From Candidatus Bruticola sp. (GTDB taxonomy: Bacteria; Vulcanimicrobiota; Xenobia; Xenobiales; Xenobiaceae): 64,000 nucleotides of DNA. Where the stretch lies: the NCBI GenBank assembly GCA_051874735.1, contig JBJEGD010000026.1:64001-128000 (forward strand), given 5' to 3'. Below the pieces are notes generated by a model. That model did not search any database. It had not been told where the DNA came from and saw only the letters and a program-made list of their open reading frames with translations. Made by a program: the position numbers and the translations under genes. Of this stretch, positions 18,624-27,070 are shown piece by piece (within the stretch, counting starts at the first letter, position 1; the number at the start of each line of letters is the position of its first letter).

Positions 18624-20033
18624 TTGCTAATGCTTAACGATATGTCGTCAGTTTTGTCTAATGTCGTAAAGAATACCGCAATGGCCTCTCCTTCTACATC
18701 GGGGGCTTCTTTGAACTGTAGGCCTGAGGGAAATGGGAGCAGTTTTGTGGCTCGTGGTAGTTCTGCTTCTCAGTTCACTCCTGGGCAGAACCTCTTTGGA
18801 CAGGTCATAGGCCGCACGCAAAATGGCAATTTCACTTTGCGTTTCGGTAGCTTTACTTTACAGGCTGGTTCTGGACTGCCTTTTACGGTCGGTCAGCAAC
18901 TGAGTGTTACCGTATCCGGACAACAGCACGGTATGCTCACTTTAGATATGAATGGCAGTCCCTTCTCTACGCTTAGTAGTGAAAGTGTGACGCAAACTTT
19001 GGCCCAGTTAAATTTGCCTATGTCTGAAGGTAACTTTATGCTGGCCAACTCCTTAGTCGGTCATGGCGCTCCTCTGGATAAGTCAACTTTTTTGTTTATG
19101 CAGAAAGTTTTAGCCCAGTTGCCTCCCACTTCTAATTCTGCAGTTTTTAATTCTAGGGTTGGAGCAGCTCTGTTTCTTCAGAACAACCATCTGCCTCTCA
19201 GTAGCGGCAATATTTTGCTTTTAAGTAATTTTATCGCTCAAAATCCTCAGGTTGCTCAGCAGCTTTTCAGTATACAGGGAGAGGTTAGGCGTTTGCTAAA
19301 CGATCCTGGCAAGGTCTCTTCCAAAGCCTTGGAAGTTCTCGGTCAGGCGCCTGGTCTTCTGGGCGAAATGATTTTTGAGTCTGGTAGTATGAAAGGTATG
19401 GGTAAGTCTAAAAGTAAGGCTGCTCTGCTTTTTGATATGGCCAAGCAAGCTGGGATTGAGACTAATTTGGAATTGGTCGGAGGCGGGGAATCCGATTGGG
19501 AACTTCTGTCTCTGCTTAGACAGCTACGTCAACTGACTAGCAGTCAGGATGAAAGTTTAAACGGTCTGCTTCAGCAACTGCAAAATTATGAAGATAACCT
19601 TCAAGCTCAGCGTTTGATTAACCAAGGAAAACCAGATTCTTCATTCGGTTTTTACTATATGCAAATTCCTTTGCGTTTTGAGTTCTGTGAGTTTGCTGAA
19701 ATTTGGATTCGCTACCGGTGGAAAGAAGATGGGAGTCGAGTTGTCGATACTGACGATTGTAGACTCGAATTCGCTGTCAATACCGACTCTTTGGGAGAGC
19801 TGTTTTTTACACTCTGCATTCAGAACGGAACCGTTGAATTGACGGTTAAAACGGATGATGAATCTATAGCTGCTTGTCTTGGAGATTACTTGCCTGTGCT
19901 TCAGGAACGTATTTCTGAACTTGGTTGGGCCGTCGGAACTTTTCAGGCAAACGTTAACCAAAGTATTGAAAATCGAGAATTGTCGGAATACTGCGAACTT
20001 TCGTCTTTGGAGGGAGTGAATGTCCAAGCTTGA
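18624..20033 (+). CDS. FliK/YlqG-like hook-length-control domain protein
   Basis: C-terminal YYMQIP...LEFAVNTDSLGELFFTL...LQERISELGW fits the Flg_hook/T3S4 domain; AAGGAGG RBS; overlaps the FlhB-C-like gene. Confidence 0.65.
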   Translation: MLMLNDMSSVLSNVVKNTAMASPSTSGASLNCRPEGNGSSFVARGSSASQFTPGQNLFGQVIGRTQNGNFTLRFGSFTLQAGSGLPFTVGQQLSVTVSGQQHGMLTLDMNGSPFSTLSSESVTQTLAQLNLPMSEGNFMLANSLVGHGAPLDKSTFLFMQKVLAQLPPTSNSAVFNSRVGAALFLQNNHLPLSSGNILLLSNFIAQNPQVAQQLFSIQGEVRRLLNDPGKVSSKALEVLGQAPGLLGEMIFESGSMKGMGKSKSKAALLFDMAKQAGIETNLELVGGGESDWELLSLLRQLRQLTSSQDESLNGLLQQLQNYEDNLQAQRLINQGKPDSSFGFYYMQIPLRFEFCEFAEIWIRYRWKEDGSRVVDTDDCRLEFAVNTDSLGELFFTLCIQNGTVELTVKTDDESIAACLGDYLPVLQERISELGWAVGTFQANVNQSIENRELSEYCELSSLEGVNVQA

Positions 20034-20304
20034 GTCTGCCAAGGTTGCTGTAAGTGTAACAGCTGCTTCAGAAGATGGCTGCGTCAAGACAGTAAGTTCA
20101 GCTGTAGGTCGCAAAGCTGAAGAAATGATAGAAAAGGCTGAGGAGGAAGGAATCAGCGTTGTACAAGATTCGAAACTCGTCGGTGAACTGTTAGAAGGGC
20201 AGGGCAGCAAAGCGGCTATAGATCCTAAGTTGTACGAACTGATGGTATCCGTTCTAGACTTTGTCCAGGAATTAAGTGATTTAAAAGCAGGACGTTTCTC
20301 TTAA
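20020..20304 (+). CDS. Stand-alone FlhB/EscU C-terminal domain protein (YlqH/FlhX-like)
   Basis: GRKAEEMIEKAEEEGISVVQDSKLV...IDPKLYELMVSVLDFV matches the FlhB-CC pattern; no NPTH, no TM. Confidence 0.75.
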   Translation: MSKLESAKVAVSVTAASEDGCVKTVSSAVGRKAEEMIEKAEEEGISVVQDSKLVGELLEGQGSKAAIDPKLYELMVSVLDFVQELSDLKAGRFS

Positions 20305-20517
20305 CCAATATGCGGTTAAACATTTTATGTTTACAAAAAAAATGGGATAGGCTGCGGAATGTCCCTTCTGCAGTTTAAAGCCGAAGGGTATCGTTTATTC
20401 AGGTGCTTTCCAATATAAGTTTATAGCGCTCCACAAAAAGAGGGGCTGCAAGATTTCTCTAGAAACGAGAATTTGGGTTCGTATATGGACGCGGACCACA
20501 TAGTCGGAGGTGTTCTA

Positions 20518-21291
20518 ATGCTTGAAGGGATGAGAATGGCTGCTCAGGGTATGATGACCCAGGCTGCTAAACAGGATGTCATCACTAATAACTTGGCCAA
20601 TGTAGGTACCGCTGGTTTCCGTAAGGAAAGTGCCCAGATTACCTCTTTCAACGAGATTCTTAATCGCGAAGTCGGCGGTATGGACGGCATGACTCAGTCT
20701 TCCTACGAGATCGCTACTGCTCCTGGTATGGAAGTTTCCGGTAAGCTTTACACCAGTTCAGTAACTCACAGTGCTCAAGGATCTTTAAAAGAGACTGGCA
20801 ACCCATTCGATATGGCCTTAGATGATAACGGACGCGGTTTCTTCACTATCCAGACCAAAGATGGCGTGCGTTTTACCAGAGCTGGTAATTTCCACCTTTC
20901 CACCAACGGCGAGTTAGTCACTGCTGATGGTTCTCAGGTTATGGGTCATCGCGGTCCCATTAAACTTCAGGGCAGCAACTTTACTGTTTCTAATGACGGC
21001 GTAATTTCCAGTGACGGTCGTCCTATCGACAAAATTTTAGTTGCCGTTTTCGACAACACTGATCAGCTGAAGCGTACAGGTGATAACCAGTTCTCTGCTA
21101 ACACCAAAGTAAGTGCTACTAACGATTTCCAGCTCAAGCAGGGATACGTTGAGCAGGCCAATGTCAACGCACTTACTGAAATGGTCGACCTTATGATGGT
21201 TACACGCAACTACGAAGCTAACCAGAAAGTACTCCAGGCCAACGATAAAATGTTGGAAAAGACCGTTAATAACGTTGGAGCCGTTCGCTAG
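20518..21291 (+). CDS. flgF: Flagellar basal-body rod protein FlgF/FlhO-like
   Basis: DVITNNLANVGTAGF, TGNPFDMAL, TRAGNF, GYVEQANVN; GGAGG RBS supports ATG 20518. Confidence 0.85.
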   Translation: MLEGMRMAAQGMMTQAAKQDVITNNLANVGTAGFRKESAQITSFNEILNREVGGMDGMTQSSYEIATAPGMEVSGKLYTSSVTHSAQGSLKETGNPFDMALDDNGRGFFTIQTKDGVRFTRAGNFHLSTNGELVTADGSQVMGHRGPIKLQGSNFTVSNDGVISSDGRPIDKILVAVFDNTDQLKRTGDNQFSANTKVSATNDFQLKQGYVEQANVNALTEMVDLMMVTRNYEANQKVLQANDKMLEKTVNNVGAVR

Positions 21292-21419
21292 TTAATCTGG
21301 TCCGCTTTTTTTGAAAAAATACAGTTTGTCTGCCTGAATAAAAAAGGCAGACAGCTGGATTATAGTCAGGGCTTTTTGTTAAGCTGCCCTATTAAGTTTA
21401 ATTTGGAGGAACAAATAAT

Positions 21420-22190
21420 ATGATGCGTTCGCTTTACACTGCTGCATCCGGTATGATGGCTCAGCAGATGAACATGGATAACATTTCCAACAACTTAGCC
21501 AACGTTCAGTCTACCGGTTTCAAGAAGACTCGTGTTGACTTCCAAGATTTGCTTTATGCTACCATGCAGGATCCCGGTACTGAGGCTACTGCTGGTACCC
21601 AGATCGGTATGGGTGTGCGCGCTTCCTCTACCGAGCGCATGTTCTCTCAGGGCTCTCTCCAGAAGACCAACAATCCTTACGATGTCGCTATCCAAGGCGA
21701 CGGTTTCTTCAAAGTAAGTATGCCCGATGGCACCTCCGCTTACACTCGCGACGGCGCTTTCAAGTATGACGGTGACAAAGGCGAAATCGTAACTAGTGCT
21801 GGTCAATCCCTCGGTATTGCTATCCCCAAAGATGTAACCAATATTGAGGTTCGTCCCAATGGTGAAGTCTTCGGCGTGCGCATTGATGGCGATGGTCAGC
21901 CTGAGAAAATTGCTCAAGTTAAACTTACCCGCTTCCTCAATCCTGCTGGTTTGCAGGCTATCGGTGGAAATCTCTATGTTGAGACTCCTGTGGCTGGCGC
22001 TAAAACTGAGAGTATTCCTGGTGAGAACGGTTTAGGTGTTTTAGCTCAGGGACACCTTGAGAAATCTAATATTAATGTTGTTGAAGAAATGATCTCCATC
22101 GTTCAGGCCCAGCGCGCTTTCGAAATGAACCAGAAAGGCGTTCAGGCTGCCGATGAAATGATGAGAATGACCAACCAGCTTCAGAGCTAG
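21420..22190 (+). CDS. flgG: Flagellar basal-body rod protein FlgG
   Basis: MMRSLYTAASGM, NNLANVQSTGFKK, FQDLLY, YTRDGAF, LEKSNINVVEEM. Confidence 0.93.
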   Translation: MMRSLYTAASGMMAQQMNMDNISNNLANVQSTGFKKTRVDFQDLLYATMQDPGTEATAGTQIGMGVRASSTERMFSQGSLQKTNNPYDVAIQGDGFFKVSMPDGTSAYTRDGAFKYDGDKGEIVTSAGQSLGIAIPKDVTNIEVRPNGEVFGVRIDGDGQPEKIAQVKLTRFLNPAGLQAIGGNLYVETPVAGAKTESIPGENGLGVLAQGHLEKSNINVVEEMISIVQAQRAFEMNQKGVQAADEMMRMTNQLQS

Positions 22191-22280
22191 TTCTTGCTAA
22201 ATAGTTTAAGTTGAGCGCTTCTGTTTGGCTGCTTTTCTCGAAGTCAAACAGAGTGCTGCAAACTACGATTGGAGGATAAT

Positions 22281-22589
22281 ATGCAGATTGAAGGCTTTAC
22301 CCCTGAACCGTTAGCCCAGGCTGCAACTTCTTCTGCCCCTTCCAAGGCGCAAGATGAAGCTAAGCTTCGTGAGGCTTGTCAGCAGATGGAGAGTGTTTTC
22401 CTTAACCAAATGCTGGCTCAAATGCGCAAATGTAGCGGTGCTGGTGAGGAAGGCGGTCTCTTCGGAGGCAAAGATCAGGAAATGTTCCAGGGGATGCTCG
22501 ATCAAGAGAGAGCTAAAGCTTGGTCGCAGAATGGCGGCGTAGGTTTGGCCAGCATTCTTTTTGAACAGATGAAGGGGCAGCAGATGTAA
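22281..22589 (+). CDS. flgJ: Single-domain rod-binding protein FlgJ (no muramidase domain)
   Basis: LREACQQMESVFLNQMLAQMRK...FQGMLDQE...GVGLASILFEQM; GGAGG RBS before ATG 22281. Confidence 0.85.
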   Translation: MQIEGFTPEPLAQAATSSAPSKAQDEAKLREACQQMESVFLNQMLAQMRKCSGAGEEGGLFGGKDQEMFQGMLDQERAKAWSQNGGVGLASILFEQMKGQQM

Positions 22590-22642
22590 TAATTCTGTCT
22601 TCTACCTCCAGCAGATTTTAGCTATCTGTTGTTTTTTGTGGT

Positions 22643-22695
22643 GCAGGTAGTTTCAAGCTTTTAATATTAAGCTTGGGGCTACCTGCTCGTTTTTT
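22643..22695 (+). terminator. Intrinsic terminator after flgJ
   Basis: GCAGGTAGTTTCAAGCTT...AAGCTTGGGGCTACCTGC followed by T tract. Confidence 0.7.
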
Positions 22696-22819
22696 ACCTT
22701 GATTTTTACAGAATTTGTGTAAAGAAGGAAAAAGCTATTTTTTTGGAAATGATCCCCACTAGTCAGTTTTCCTGCTGGCTTTTCTTTGCCGGATTTTTTT
22801 GATTTTTATCTAATCCATA

Positions 22820-23638
22820 ATGAACGGACCTTCCTGCTTGAAAGAAAAGAAAGTAGACATAGGGCTTCTATGGCAGCAGTATAAAGACACTGCGGCTCCT
22901 GAATTGCAAGAGCAGTTGGTTGAGTATTATCTGCCGCTTGTTAAAGGGCTGGCTGCAAAGGTTTTTAGTAAAATTCATTGCTCTGCAGAAATGGACGATC
23001 TGGTTAGTGATGGTCTATTCGGTTTGTTGCGCGCTATTGATGGATTTGAACTTAGTCGTGGTTTCAAATTTGAAACTTATGCTATACCTGTAGTACGTGG
23101 AGCGATATATAATGGTCTGCGCCGTATGGATTGGTTGCCTGAGCGCACTCGGTGCAAGGCTCGGGCTTTGCAGAAAGCTATTGATAAATTTGCCTCTATT
23201 AGCGGTCGTCAGCCTACTGAAGAAGAATTAGCTGAAGAGTTGAAAATATCGGCTGGTGAAGTTTTCGATTTAATTTCTTGTTTAGGCTGTGTTTATTTGC
23301 TTTCCTTAGATCAGCCTCTAAATGCTTCAGACAGCAGTGAAGGAACTATTATGGATGTGGTTCCTGCTGATTCTAGTTTTTCGGATCCTTCTAAAGAGTT
23401 TGAGTTCTCAGAAGAGCGCAGCTGTTTGCGTTCAGCTATAGGCAAGCTAGATGAACGAGAACAGTTTCTCATCAAGATGCATTATTTTAATGGAGTAACT
23501 TTCGAAAAGATTTCTCGACTTTTGGGAGTGTCCAAGCAGCGTATCTCTCAAATGCATTCTAGGGCTGTTCGTCGTTTGCGCGAATCCTTGAAGGAAGAAG
23601 ATATCTCTAGTGAAGCTATGATAGGTTTTTTCGTTTAA
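22820..23638 (+). CDS. fliA: FliA/WhiG-family (sigma28) RNA polymerase sigma factor
   Basis: DDLVSDGLFGLLRAID, KFETYA..VRGAI...LRRMDWLP, PTEEELAEEL, LLSLD, GVSKQRISQMHSRA. Confidence 0.85.
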   Translation: MNGPSCLKEKKVDIGLLWQQYKDTAAPELQEQLVEYYLPLVKGLAAKVFSKIHCSAEMDDLVSDGLFGLLRAIDGFELSRGFKFETYAIPVVRGAIYNGLRRMDWLPERTRCKARALQKAIDKFASISGRQPTEEELAEELKISAGEVFDLISCLGCVYLLSLDQPLNASDSSEGTIMDVVPADSSFSDPSKEFEFSEERSCLRSAIGKLDEREQFLIKMHYFNGVTFEKISRLLGVSKQRISQMHSRAVRRLRESLKEEDISSEAMIGFFV

Positions 23639-23769
23639 ATAGTCTATAGTTTTACAGCAAAGGGAAAACGCTTACAGCGTTGAATTTTTGAAGCCGTTTT
23701 TGTGTTCGCTGAGCCTTTCAAGATACAGGCTGAGCAGTCAGATATGAACTTTTTTTAGGAGCGTAGTTT

Positions 23770-24972
23770 ATGGCCTCCAACAGACGTAAATCTACTGATA
23801 ATGTCCAGCGCAAAGCTGTGCGTCAGGAAGATGCTGAAGTGCGTGAAATTTCTCCACAGGAGAAACGCAAAAATATTTTTATTCAAATTGGAGTTTGGTT
23901 TCTAGTTATTGCCTTCTGTATGACTTCAGGCATTATGTGTTTTGCTATTGGAGGTCCGGACGAGCAGGAAGGACAGGAGGTAGCTGCCGGAGCTGTCGAT
24001 GAAATTCAAAGCGAGATAGATCGCTATACTAAAGAGATTGGCGTTGATGCTGGCAACGTTGAAGCTCTGGCCTACTTAGGGTATTACTGGATGCAGAAGG
24101 GAGATACCCTGTCTACTGCTGAGTCTCTGAAGCAGGAAGCAAAAACCAAAGCTGCCCTGGATAAAGATATGGCCGCTAAGGGACAAACTCCCGCTAGTAA
24201 AGCTGATAATGCTAAGCCAGAAATGTCTAGAGAAGAAGCCTACGCTAATGCACGGACTTACCTTGCTCGAGCCTTATCCATAGATTCCAATTATTTATTA
24301 GCTAAAAAGAGTTTAGCCGATCTTGAAGTCCGTGAGGATCACGAAGATGCTGCTGCTAAGCTTTATAAAGAAATTATTACTTTTTGTGAACAACCTTTAA
24401 AACTCAATCCTGGTGATGATGAGACAACTATTAAGACGAGCCGTGTCGTTCAGAAAGTTTCTGCTGAAGTACAGTTAGCCCGTCTCTATGGCTCTAAAGA
24501 AAAATATCAAGAAGCCATACCTCTGCTTGATGATGCTATTAAGCTTGATCCGGGCAACATTGATGCCTATCATGTGAAAGCTATGATATATTGCAGTAAC
24601 GGCAAAGAAGCTGAGGGTGTAAAAGCTTTTTATAACGCTATTCTTATTGCTAAAAATATGGGTGAACTTGAGCGAGCGATTAATCTTTCCATGGAGTTAG
24701 CTCAAGTTCAGAATCTGAGTGGCGATAAAGCTGGAGCCAAGAAGACTTATGAGGAAGCCAGAGATATGATCCCTCAGAATATGGGCGGTCAGGCTGCCCA
24801 AATGCGTGCAGCTATTCAGACTATTATTGATAATCTGGACGGTAAGAAGCCTGCTGCTAAGGCTGAGGCTCCCGCCGCTGAAAGTGCAGCTCCCGCTGCT
24901 CAAGCTGAGGCTCCCGTCGCTGAAAGTGCAGCTCCCGCTGCCCAAGCTGAGGCTCCCGCCGCTGAAAATTAA
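23770..24972 (+). CDS. Membrane-anchored TPR protein with Ala/Pro-rich repeat tail
   Basis: One TM helix, then TPR-like units (YQEAIPLLDDAIKLDPGNIDAY). Confidence 0.8.
   Translation: MASNRRKSTDNVQRKAVRQEDAEVREISPQEKRKNIFIQIGVWFLVIAFCMTSGIMCFAIGGPDEQEGQEVAAGAVDEIQSEIDRYTKEIGVDAGNVEALAYLGYYWMQKGDTLSTAESLKQEAKTKAALDKDMAAKGQTPASKADNAKPEMSREEAYANARTYLARALSIDSNYLLAKKSLADLEVREDHEDAAAKLYKEIITFCEQPLKLNPGDDETTIKTSRVVQKVSAEVQLARLYGSKEKYQEAIPLLDDAIKLDPGNIDAYHVKAMIYCSNGKEAEGVKAFYNAILIAKNMGELERAINLSMELAQVQNLSGDKAGAKKTYEEARDMIPQNMGGQAAQMRAAIQTIIDNLDGKKPAAKAEAPAAESAAPAAQAEAPVAESAAPAAQAEAPAAEN
24862..24967 (+). repeat. Coding tandem repeat, 42-bp unit x ~2.5 (AEAPAAESAAPAAQ)
   Basis: GCTGAGGCTCCCG(C/T)CGCTGAAAGTGCAGCTCCCGCTGC(T/C)CAA at 24862, 24904 and partial at 24946. 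Confidence 0.9.
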
Positions 24973-25091
24973 TATTTAATTTTGTTTGTATCGCGAGCCT
25001 TCGCCTATGGCTTAAGTTGTTTGTAGGCGAAGGCTCTCTTGCCTTTTTGTCTATTGTTTATTTTAAGCAAGGAAGGAACTTTTTATTTAAT

Positions 25092-26627
25092 ATGGCTAAA
25101 AACATTACCGCTCGCAGTAAAGATTACTCCCAATGGTATCTCGATGTCATTAAAGCGGCAGAATTAGCTGATTATTCTCCAGTGCGTGGCTGCATGGTTA
25201 TCCGCCCTTATGGATACGCTCTTTGGGAAGCAATTCAGCGAGATTTAGATCGCCGCTTTAAAGCTTCAGGCCATGTGAATGCTTATTTCCCTCTTTTAAT
25301 ACCAGTTAGTTTTTTGGAAAAAGAGGCACAGCACGTTGAAGGATTTGCCATGGAGAGTGCTGTCGTTACTCATTCATCTTTGAAAAAAGGTGAAGATGGT
25401 CGTCTTACAGCTAGTTCTTTGCTGCCCGAGCCTTTCGTCGTTCGCCCCACTTCAGAGACTATCATCGGTCACATGTATTCCCAGTGGATTCAAAGTTATC
25501 GTGATTTACCTGTACTAATTAACCAATGGGCTAACGTAATGCGTTGGGAAATGCGCACTCGTCTTTTCTTGCGTACTTCTGAATTCTTATGGCAGGAGGG
25601 CCATACTGCCCATGAAAGCGCCGAAGAAGCTGAAGAAGAAACAAAAAAAATGCTCGATGTTTATGCTCAGTTCGCTCATGATTTCCTTGCTTTACCTGTA
25701 GTCAAAGGGCGCAAGACTAGCAGTGAAAAATTTCCGGGTGCTGTCAATACCTATGCTATTGAAGCTTTAATGCAGGATGGTAAAGCTTTGCAGGCCGGAA
25801 CATCTCATTTCTTGGGACAGAATTTCGCTAAGGCTTTTGATATAAAATATTTAGATAGAGAAAATCAACTCCGTCATTGTTGGACCACTTCATGGGGTGT
25901 ATCAACCCGTCTTATTGGCGGTTTAATTATGACTCATTCTGATGATGAAGGTTTGATTTTGCCTCCTAAGATCGCTTCAGTAGCTGCTGCTATTGTGCCG
26001 ATTTATCGTTCAGATGATGAAAAAGAACAGGTAATCGCTTATTGCCGTCGTTTAGCCGGCGAAATTTGTGGCCAGAAGCGTTTAGAATCCGCGTTACAGC
26101 GCGATAAAAATAGAGAAACAATTTCTATATTCCTCGACGATTCCGCTTCTCAGAAAATTGTACTCGATTTGCGCGAAGGACGTGCCGTTGAAAAGCATTT
26201 CTATTGGGAACAGCGTGGCGTGCCTCTACGCTTTGAAGTTGGTCCTCGCGATGTTGCCAATGAAGCTTTTGTTTTGAAAATACGCTACAACAACAGTAAA
26301 ACTTTCTGTAATTTTGCTGAAGCTAGCCATAGTTGGTTTATTGCTAAAATGGACGAAATTCAAGAAGCTATGTACCAAAAGGCTCTTAAGTATCGTGAAG
26401 AACGTACCACAGATGTCAATACTTACGATGAACTTAAAGAGGCTCTAACTAAGGGAGGCTTTGTGCGTTGCTGGTTCAAAGAGAACGAAGAAGCTGAAGC
26501 TAAAATTAAGGAAGAAACTAAAGCCACTGTAAGATGTGTGCCTTTTGAGCAATCCGGAGAGACCGGCAAATGTATTTACAGTGGCGAAGAGACTACTGAA
26601 AAAGTGTTATTCGCTTTGGCATACTAA
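25092..26627 (+). CDS. proS: Proline--tRNA ligase, archaeal/eukaryotic type
   Basis: VRGCMVIRPYGY, RPTSET, QWANVMRWE, EFLWQEGHT, QAGTSHFLGQNF, TSWGVSTR, C-terminal FALAY. Confidence 0.96.
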   Translation: MAKNITARSKDYSQWYLDVIKAAELADYSPVRGCMVIRPYGYALWEAIQRDLDRRFKASGHVNAYFPLLIPVSFLEKEAQHVEGFAMESAVVTHSSLKKGEDGRLTASSLLPEPFVVRPTSETIIGHMYSQWIQSYRDLPVLINQWANVMRWEMRTRLFLRTSEFLWQEGHTAHESAEEAEEETKKMLDVYAQFAHDFLALPVVKGRKTSSEKFPGAVNTYAIEALMQDGKALQAGTSHFLGQNFAKAFDIKYLDRENQLRHCWTTSWGVSTRLIGGLIMTHSDDEGLILPPKIASVAAAIVPIYRSDDEKEQVIAYCRRLAGEICGQKRLESALQRDKNRETISIFLDDSASQKIVLDLREGRAVEKHFYWEQRGVPLRFEVGPRDVANEAFVLKIRYNNSKTFCNFAEASHSWFIAKMDEIQEAMYQKALKYREERTTDVNTYDELKEALTKGGFVRCWFKENEEAEAKIKEETKATVRCVPFEQSGETGKCIYSGEETTEKVLFALAY

Positions 26628-26687
26628 AAATTTTCGCATAAATATGTATACATAGGATGAGAATCTTCTTAACCATAGAGTAGCTGG

Positions 26688-26746
26688 AAAAGGCGTTTCT
26701 AAAGGGATCTTTGTGACTTATTCCCTGGTGAAGCGCCTTTTTATTA
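26688..26746 (+). terminator. Long hairpin after proS, probable terminator
   Basis: AAAAGGCGTTTC...GAAGCGCCTTTT with inner AGGGA/TCCCT, followed by T tract. Confidence 0.55.
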
Positions 26747-27070
26747 AGGCAGGAGGTTCATTAGTCTCAATAGAATCCACACAGGATACTTAGGCTGTCA
26801 GAAGGTTGGGATGGTCTTTTTGCTGAGGTTCCAACTTTTCGCGTAAGGTTGCTGTATGAGTTGTGTACATCAGCCGGGGGGAGGCGGGCCCTATTTGTTA
26901 TAGAGTCTTCTGGAGCAGCAGCTCCCAGAGATTTCTGTGCATATGGCGGTCTGGCACAATTGAGTCTCTTCTTTTCCCAAGGGGGAAGAGTCTTTTGTCA
27001 AAGATTGTAAGAAGAAGCTGCTTGCAGCTTCTTTCTAAGATTTAGAGGAACGGATAGCGAGATTTCGTTT

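Noticed and set aside
19641-21917. Antisense and alternate-frame ORFs (19641..20210, 21495..21917 and similar ones across the window)
   Set aside because: Shadow frames overlapping well-supported genes; no RBS or motifs
26863-27045. 60-aa ORF upstream of 27071
   Set aside because: GTG start with no clear RBS, crosses hairpins, no protein features
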